Assembly: GCF_009914755.1 (NCBI RefSeq)
Contig: NC_060929.1
DNA length: 64,000 nt
Reading direction: 5' to 3' (one strand)
Origin: the human T2T-CHM13v2.0 reference genome, Homo sapiens
Of this stretch, positions 54,606 to 64,000 are shown one piece after another. A program made the position numbers and the translations under genes. The stretch's first letter is position 1; the number at the start of each line of letters is the position of its first letter. A model generated the notes under the pieces. That model ran no database searches, was not told the DNA's origin, and saw only the letters and a list, made by a program, of their open reading frames with translations.

Positions 54606-56865
54606 TGTATTAGTCCATTTTCACACTGCTGATAAAGACATACCCAAGACTGGGCAGTTTACATAAGAAAGAGGTTTAATGGACTTACAGTTCCACCTGG
54701 ATGGGGAGGCCTCACAATCATGGCAGAAGGTGAAAGGCATGTCTCACATGGTGGTAGATAAGAGAAAGAGAGCTTGTTCAGGGAAACTCCCCTTTCTAAA
54801 CCATAAGATCTTCTGAGACTTATTCTCTATCACAAAAACAGTACGGGAAAGGCCTGCCTCCATGATTCAATTACACTCTACTGGGTCCCTCCCACAACAC
54901 ATGAGATTTCAAGATGAGATTTTGGTTGGGACACAGGCAAACCATATCATTTCACCCTGTCCCCTCCCAAATCTCATGTACTCACATTTCAAAACCAATC
55001 ATGCCTTCCCAATAGTCCACCAAAGCCTTAACTCATTTTAGCATTAACTCAATAGTCCACAGTCCAATGTCTCATCTGAGACAAGGCAAGTCCCTTCTGC
55101 CTATGAGCCTATAAAATCAAAAGCAAGTTAGTTACTTCCTAGATACAATGGGTGTATAGGCATTGGGTAAATACAGCCATTCCAGATGGGAGAATTTGGC
55201 CAAAATAAAAGGACTACAGGCCCCATCCAAGTCTGAAATCCAGCAGGGCAGTCAAATCTTAAAGCTCCAAAATGATGTCCTTTGTCTCACATGAAGGTCA
55301 TATTGATGCAAGAGGTGGGTTCCCATGGTCTTGGGCAGCTCCAACCCTGTGGCTTTGCAGGGTGCAGCCACCCTCTTGGCTGCTTTCACAGGCTGATGTT
55401 GAGTGTCTGTGGCTTTTCCAGGTGCATGGTGCAAGCTGTCAGCAGATCTTCCATTCTGGGATCTGGAGGACGGTGGTCCACTTTTCACAGCTCCACTAGG
55501 CGGTGCTCCAGTAGGGACTCTGTGTGGGAGCTTGAATCCCACATTTCCCTTCCCCGCTGCCCCAGCAGAGGTTTGCCATAAGGGCCCCGCCACTGCAGCA
55601 AACTTCTACCTGGACACCCAGGCATTTCTATACATCCTCTGAAATCTAGGTGGAGGTTCCCAAACCTCAACTCTTGACTTCTGTGCACTTGCAGGCTGAA
55701 TACCACATGTAAGCTGCCAAGGTGAAGGGCTTGCACCCTCTGAAACCACAGCCTCAGCTGTACCTTCGCCCCTTTTAGACATGGCTAGAGTGGATGGGAC
55801 ACAGAGGACCAAGTCCCTAGACTGCACACAACACAGTTACTCTGGGCCCAACCCATGAAAACATTTTTCCTTCTAGGCCTCAGGGCCTGTGATGGGAGGG
55901 GCTGCCATGAAGAACTCTGACATGCCCAGGAGACATTTTCCCCATTGTCTTGGGGATTAACATTTGGCTTCTAGTTACTTATGCAAATTTCCACAGCAAG
56001 CTTGAATTTCTCCTCAGAAAATGGGATTTTTTTTTCTATCAGATTGTCCAGCTGCAAATTTTCCAACCTTTTATGTTCTGCTTCCCCTATAAAATTGAAT
56101 GCCTTTAACAGCACCCAAATCACCTCTTGAATGCTTTGCTGCTTAGAAATTTCCTCCACCAGATACCCTAAATCATCTCTCTCAAGTTTAAAAATCCACA
56201 AATCTCTAGGGCAGGGGGCAAAATGCTCCCGGTCTTTTTGCTAAAACATAACCACAGTCCCCTTTGCTCAAGTTCTCAACAAGTTCCTCATCTCCATATG
56301 AGACCACCTCAGCCTGGACCTTATTGTTCATATCACTACCAGCATTTATGTCAAAGCCATTCAACAAGTCTCTAGGAAGTTGCAAACTTTCCCAAATTTT
56401 CCTGCCTTTTTCTGAGCCCCCCAAATTGTTCCAACCTCTGCTTGTTACTCAGTTCCAAAGTTGTTTCCACATTTTTGGGTATCTTTTCAGCAATGCCCCA
56501 CTCTACTGGTACCAATTTACTGTATTAGTCCATTTTCATGCTGCTGATAAAGGCATACCTGGGACTGGGCAATTTACAAAAGAAAGAGGTTTAATGGACT
56601 TACAGTTCCATGTGGCTAGGGAGGGCTCTCAATTATGGCCTAAGGTGAAAGGCATATCTCACATGGTGGCAAACAAAAGGAAGAGAGCTTGTGCAGGGAA
56701 ACGTCCCTTTTTAAAGCCATCAAATCTCATGAGACTTATTCACTATCACAAAAACAGCACGGAAAAGACCTGCCCCCATGATTCAATTACCTCCCACTGC
56801 GTCCCCCACATAACATGTGGGAAGTCCAGATGAGATTTGGGTGAGGACAAAGCCAAACCATATCA
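54606..56865 (-). mobile_element. Complete THE1 (MaLR) element: LTR 54606-54949, THE1-int, LTR 56521-56865
   Basis: Two TGTATTAGTCC...AACCATATCA repeats flank ~1.57 kb of THE1 internal sequence (peptide LGYLVEEISKQQSIQEV); 5-bp TSD AGTAC/AATAC. Confidence 0.95.
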
Positions 56866-56989
56866 AATACTGAGGGTTCCAAAGGAGCTCAGAGCAAGAG
56901 AAAGAGTTGGGAATTATCTGATGCAAGTTGAGGTATGAAGAGTGTTGAGATTATATCAAGAAGGAGTATACAAGAGAAAAAAAGTTGAC

Positions 56990-57390
56990 TGTCACAAATT
57001 GAGTTCCCAAGGAAGCAGGCTCTAAAATGAAGATTAGTGAGCATGATGATGACTATGGAATATGCTTGGGATCAACAGATTGGGCAAAGGGAGAAGTCAA
57101 GGTGAAATGCAGTCTCAATGGAAGCTTCAGCTAGCCCTACAGGATGTTCTACAGACAGTATGACCCTTTAGAGCTGTCTCAAATTGAAGTAGAGTCTGGG
57201 CTCTGTACCAATCAGCCATGGGAAGCAGCTGCCTTGGAAAGAAAGCATTCTCTTTGGATAGGTGACTCTTTCTCTCTCATCTGAGGTAACTCCTGAGACG
57301 TGCTGACAGTTTAGAGTTTTCTTCTGGCAGTACACCCAGCAGCAGGGGTATTAATTACTTCTTTCCTGTGCTCTTGGTGGTACACCACAC
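56990..57390 (-). mobile_element. ERV-L-class solo LTR (LTR40-like)
   Basis: TGTCACAAATTGAGTTCCCAAGGAAGCAGGCTCT...GATTAG...CTTGGGATCAAC resembles the LTR40 group. Confidence 0.5.
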
Positions 57391-59223
57391 ATCCACTAGG
57401 ATGAGTAAGCACAAAATATTGCAGGAAAACTATATTGAAGGATCTGAATAGGGAAGAATGAAACAGAGCAAAAGTTTCTGAAGATGTAAGAGGAATACTG
57501 AGATACAGGTGCACTTTGGAAACCAAGATTCAAGAAGGAAGAGAAATATAACAGAGGCAAAATTTGTAGAAAGTTTAAGATTAAAGAACAAGAAGAGGAC
57601 ATTGGGTTTAACAAAAATAAGTAATGCTTTTTAATGCTACCATGTAATAGGGGAGAAAGTAGGGGGAAAGTGGGAACCATGTTTAGCCACTAAAGATAGA
57701 TGAAAGTAGAGAAATAAAGATGGAACACCAATATGCTGAGAAAAAGATAATAGGCATAATATATTCTATTCTTTCTATTAAAAAATTCACCTGCCACTAA
57801 AAATCTCCTACACTGATCTGGTTTTGTCAAACATAAAGAACTACAAATGCCAAAACCCAGAAAAAAAGATTAATCAAACTGGTTTGGCACATATATGCTC
57901 ATTTCATAAAAGAAAGCCTATCCAATGGAAAAAGTCATCTTTATTCATGTAAATTTTCAGTATTGGTCCCCTTAAAACATTTCAAATTACGTTTTATTCA
58001 AGATGTTCAAGAAATGTCTTTCTAGATATACACTTAAGAGTCCTAAAATTCTCCAAGCAACTTAAGGGTACTGAATCCGATAAACTCCAAGCTATTTTCC
58101 AGATTAAGTCTTGCATAGTGTGAGTAACTTTGCCTGGTTGAAAGCTCGGTTCTATGGTATTGCATAAATAAGTACCCTTATGTAAAATTGCATATTACTT
58201 GACAGATCTATGACAGCGTATTGCTGCAAAGAGCTGAAATGTCTTCAAGAAAAATAAAAGACATAAACTTTTATTGACCAATTATTATGCTCTAGATATT
58301 TTTTCAGATGTAAACAATATGCCATTTGTCTTCACTCCAAATCTGTGAACGTGTCTTATAAATAACCTTTCTGTGTTTCAGTTTTCCAAATAACTTGCCC
58401 AATATTATACAATCTATAAGGAATGGAACTAGGATTCATCAAATGACTAAATGATTTACTGACTCTTTCATTAATTTAACTTATAAGAAATATAGCAAGG
58501 ATTCATTAAATGATTGAATGATTGATTTTTTCATTAATTCAACATATATTATCAAATATCTGCTTTTTGCATTATTGAAACTCAAATCTGCTTGGTTACA
58601 AAGCCCATATTTTTAAATTTTTATTTATATGAAAATTTTATTTTTATGCATTATCATATTATAAAAACAAAATTCAAATCACTCAAGAAGACTTTCTGAG
58701 ATAGTAATTCAAGTTGTACCTGAGTGGAATGACTGAAGTGGATACCACTGCTCCTCAGGGGGCAATTGTTCCATAGTATGCACATCGGTAGACACCAAGA
58801 ACAGTGCCTACAACTGGTGAATAAAAAATATTGCTTTTCAAATAATTTATATATTATAAAATAGCAACTCTTTATTGAACATCATGAATAGCTTTTTCCT
58901 CTTTTTTAAATCCAGTTTTTCCATCTAAAAATCAGAAAATAAATGGTTGAATCATGGCATGTTTCAAAAAAATAAACAACTAAAGAGAAAACAGAGATAT
59001 TTCTCTCATTTTCCTACATATTGGCTATAGAACTTATGTGAACAGGAAAAAAAGTATTTTATGCTAAATGTCTACATTTCGTTCTTGTTTAAACTACTGG
59101 AGAATTTATGTAAGGTCAATGGTTTCAAATTAAATCTTCTTTTACATTTACATGCTGAGTAACTGAGGTGACTTCTTATTTTAATGTCTATGTAGTAAAA
59201 CTATAACTATCTATATAATTATG

Positions 59224-59516
<293 letters not shown>

Positions 59517-59819
59517 TAATTATGCTTTTTGAGACATATAATTCTTAAGTAAATCTGAAGAATGAATTGCTGAAGGGAAATATGCTGTTTTCAAAATAGT
59601 ATTTTAATATCAGTTGTTGCAGGTGGAAATGAGTTAGCAAAGTCTATACTTAATGAGCTTTAAGCAGGAAATTTTATCTCATTAAACTTGTCTGGGTATT
59701 TCTATAGGGGAAAAACATTTATAAATTAATAAAATATCTATTTTTGGACGATATTTGGTATATTATACTCTGTCATTTGCCAATGGCCTTTTCAGTTGCA
59801 CCTGAACACATAGAGGTTA

Positions 59820-60113
<294 letters not shown>

Positions 60114-61269
60114 TTAATAGCTTGTGCTTATGTTATCACTCTATCTTCTGATTATCTGTTTCCTTTACAAATGCTTTTTTAAAAGCAGCCATTAAAAATA
60201 TTTTAGTGCTTCCTAAAGGCAAAACAGGAGTAATTAAGGCAGATATAGATTAAAGGTTAAACTTACAGACTAACAGGTGTAATTATGATCAATAAATAAC
60301 TCAACATTTTTCCCCAGGGAATGAGACACATTTGCAGAAATTGAGGATAGGATGTTCTTGAATCTGCCCAATTTGATACAAGACTACCTGTCAGCAGTAC
60401 TTTCCCTGGGAGACTTAGCTGATCTGACTGGTAAACCTGGTCTCCTTTCATTTTTCCATGTGCATCCTTCTCAAACCCTCTACTCATTGAAAACTGACAA
60501 GTAGAGGAGAAGCATTATGCAGCTAACAATTTAAAAATGGTTTCACTCTCCTAGTAGAAATATCTGCAAATAAAATCCATTGAATAAACAAACTTTATTT
60601 TTTTAATTTAGCATATTTAATAAATATGTAAATATTTTGCAAGGTATAGAAAATAAAACATATATTATTTCCTAGGTACAGAAAGTAAAGTGAAGTTGGT
60701 CTAAACAAGATAAAATCATTGGCACAAATAGTTTCATTAGATGAGCTTCTCACTGTTTCTTACAGATCTCTAAAGACAAGTTTTCAAAATTTACTGGCTG
60801 ATTTGAAGAAATTGGAGAAAACTTTTTTGCCTGCGTGTACATATCTGTATATCTATATATATTTATTATGGCTCATCTCCAGCCTACAAGTGTATGTCTG
60901 CATTATAATTCTGAGAAATAGTCAAATGGTTCTAACGAGAAAGCTAAGGCATTGATGGTGAGACTGTTAAAATTGTGGGCCAAAAAAAAGCTAAAATATA
61001 TTTAATTTTATATCATTGTTTCAATATTTTTAAGAAAAGCTTCTAAGGTTTTTTTTAGACTTTAAAATTTTTAACAGTTTAAAACACTACACTTTCAAAG
61101 ATGGAAGAAATCCTTAAAATTGCCTAGTTTCTTTCTTTCTGAAATTATGCATATGGACATTCTCTGGGCTCTGTGGAAGGCTCCCAGGACAAAAGAAAGA
61201 ATGATAAAGAAGGAAAGGAGGGAAAAGATTCAGGCTTGCCTCTCTGACCTTAAGATAAAGATAGGCTGT

Positions 61270-64000
61270 TAGGGTGGGGCAAGATGGCAGAATAGGACTC
61301 TGGCAATCATCTCCCCACAGAAAGATCAATTTTAAAACTACTCACACACAAAAATACCTCCACAAGGACTAAGAAAACCAGGTAAGAAATCACAGTACCT
61401 AGTTCTAGCACAACGATTTTTAAAAGATGCATTAAACAGGGTAAGAAGGTTAGTTTTATATAAGCCACATCACCCTTTCACAACCCCAGGGAGCACACAG
61501 CATGATGAAAGATACTATCAACATGGGGAAAAGAGAGAGAAGTGAGCATAGGACTTTGCCTTGACTCCAACACTGAACCTGTTACACTAAAACTCAGCAC
61601 CATGCAGACCTCCAGAGCTCCATATTCTGGGCTGGTACCCAGGACTAAGCCTCTAGACTTGCTCTGGCATCAGTGGGACAACATAGCTCCAGGCTTCAGA
61701 CTTGTGTGGTAGACTTCATCTATGCCTTGTACCAACACTACGCTGACTTCAGTGGCCCTGGGCTTCAGGCAGCCTTGAATGGCAAGTAGCCAGCCCTCTG
61801 TGGTCCTGAGCTTCTGTCATGCCCCAGCTCCACGCCCACCTGCATCTGCCCAAAGCTTCTGGCCTGCCCCAGTGTTGCACCTGTCATAGTAACAATAAGT
61901 ACCTTAAAGTATTTAAGGTAAGAGTAAAGACAAAGTCAAATTCAAAATACATTAATACTTTAATGGTGATGTATAAAACATGGATATCTTTATTATGAAG
62001 GCTAAGAAACTAAACTATTAAAAAATAACTGACATAATGTGTTAAGGAATATCCACTATAAAACAATGTAATATCAAAAACTCAAAATTTAGGGGAAGGA
62101 ATGGAGTAAACATATGAAAATTTTTTGTGTGTGACCAAAGTTATTAGCTTAAAGTAACCTGTTATAACTATTAGATGTTTTTTGCAAGCCACTTGGTAAC
62201 CATGAAGCAACAACCTATAATAGATACACAAAAAGTAAAAGGCAAAGAATAAAAACATATCACAAGGGAAAAATCACTTAGGAAGACAGCAAGAGAGGAA
62301 GAAAGGAACAAAGGAAATTAACAAAATGGCAACAGCAAATTCTTATCTATTAACGGGTACCTGGGATGTGATTGGATCAAATTCTTCCATCAAAATACAT
62401 AGATAACAGTGGCTGAATTGGCCAAAAAACAAGACACGACTACATGCTGCCTACAAAATACTAAGTTTATCTGTAAGGACACACACAGACTGAAAATGAT
62501 GATATGGAAAATGATATTTCACATAAATGAAAACCAAAAGAGAACAGGAGGTGCTATACTTAGATAACATAACCTTTAAGTCAAACACTATAAAAAGAGA
62601 CAAAGAAGCCATTATATAATGATAAAGGAGTCAATTCAGCAAAAGGATATAACAATATAAACATATATGTACCTAACATTGGAGCACCTATATATACATA
62701 AAGCAAATATTAATAGATCTGAAGAGAGAGATACTGTAGTACAGTAATAATAGTGGACTTAAATGCCACACTTTCAGCAATGAACAGGTCATCCAGATAG
62801 AAAATCAATAAGGAAACATCGGATATAAGCTACACTCTAAATCAAATAGGCTTAACAGACATACAGAACATTCCATGCAATAGCTACAGAATGTGCATTC
62901 TTCCCAATTGCACATGGAACGTTCTTTAGGTTACAATATATGTTAGGACATAAAACAAGTCTTAACAATTGAAGAAGATAAAAATTATATCAAGTATCTT
63001 TTCTTACTGCAATGGTATAAAACTAGAAATCAGTAACAGAAGAAACTTCAGAAAATTCACAAATACATGGAAATTAAATATGTTCATTTAATGGAAATTG
63101 GACAACATGCTTCATTGACAACCAACGGGTCAATTAAAAAATTAAAAGAAAAATTTAAAAATTTTCTTGAGATTAATAAAAATGGAAATACAACATACCA
63201 AAACCTATGGGATGCAGCAAAAGCAATCTAAGGGAGATGATTACAGCAATAAATGCCTACATCACAAAAAGAAGAAAGATCTCAAATAAAAATCTTAATG
63301 TTGTATCTCAAAAAACTAGAAAAACAAGAACAAATTAAGTCCAAAGATCACAGCAGAAATAAATGGAGACTAGAAAAAAATCTAGAAAAGATCGATGAAA
63401 CTAGGAGTTGTTTTCTGAAAAGATAAACAACAATAAACGCGTAGCTAGATTAAGAACAAAGAGGCTCAAATGAATAAAATCAGAAATGAAAAAAGAGACA
63501 TTACATCTGATACAATAGCAAGTAAAAGAATCACAAGAGACTACTATAAACAATTACATGACAATAAATTGAATAACCTAGAAGAAATTGATAAAATTCT
63601 TGGTGCATACATCTATCAAGACTGCATTATGAAGAAATAGGAAATTTTAATAGAATATTAAGGATATTGAATTAGTATTAAAGTCTCTCACCAAAGAAAA
63701 GCCAAGGACCTAACGGCTTCACTGTTGAATCCTTCAAACATTTGAAGTACTAATACCAATTATTCTCTGATTATTCTGAAAAAAAAAATGGAAGCAGGGG
63801 AATACTTTCAAATTATACTATGAGGCCAGTATTACCATGATATCAAAGCCAGACAAAGGCACTACCAAAGAAGAACTAGAGGCCAATAATATTGATGAAC
63901 ATGATACAAAAATCCTCAAATAAACACCAGAAAACTAAATTCAACAGCACATTAAAAAGATCACTCATCATGATCAAGTGGCATTCATCCCAGGGGTACA
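61270..64000 (+). mobile_element. Old L1MA-type LINE-1: 5'UTR, ORF1 missing, inter-ORF spacer, degraded ORF2 running off the right edge
   Basis: GGGGCAAGATGGC (YY1-type start). ORF2 ATG at 62326, endonuclease motif TCCLQ at ~62440, and a KKSPGPDGF-like motif (AAGAAAAGCCAAGGACCTAACGGCTTC) at ~63695. Confidence 0.88.

Noticed and set aside
55252-56833. Multiple overlapping ORFs of 70-190 aa
   Set aside because: All lie within THE1 internal or LTR sequence.

Overview
This is AT-rich, repeat-dense primate (human or great-ape-like) intergenic DNA. I find no intact protein-coding gene, and most entries in the ORF track are spurious or repeat-derived. Recognisable content, left to right: an old L1 5'UTR split by an AluJ; a full-length KRT8 processed pseudogene (minus strand, poly(A), TSD); a Ricksha-type MULE/MuDR DNA transposon with transposase remnants and a 9-bp TSD, interrupted by a young L1PA2-type 3' fragment; a short MRPS35 3'-end retrocopy inside a MaLR LTR; a ~2.1-kb NUMT (COX1, tRNA-Ser(UCN), tRNA-Asp, 5' part of COX2) inserted into an L2; a decayed ERV-L; an old HERV-H provirus with two LTR7-family LTRs, two AluY insertions and a tRNA-Phe-like PBS; a complete THE1 element; and an old L1M lacking ORF1. 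From memory, the order KRT8P, MRPS35P, MTCO2P, MTCO1P resembles human 5q21 (KRT8P32/MRPS35P2/MTCO2P24/MTCO1P24); this is not verified. I see no new gene system. The most unusual structure is a set of DNA-repair scars. The NUMT junctions carry hairpins, a 48-bp near-perfect palindrome and a 98-bp copy of sequence 2.1 kb away. Two other ~80-bp local duplications of similar (~90%) identity lie within the same 10 kb. All identities were counted by eye, and repeat subfamily names come from remembered consensus sequences.
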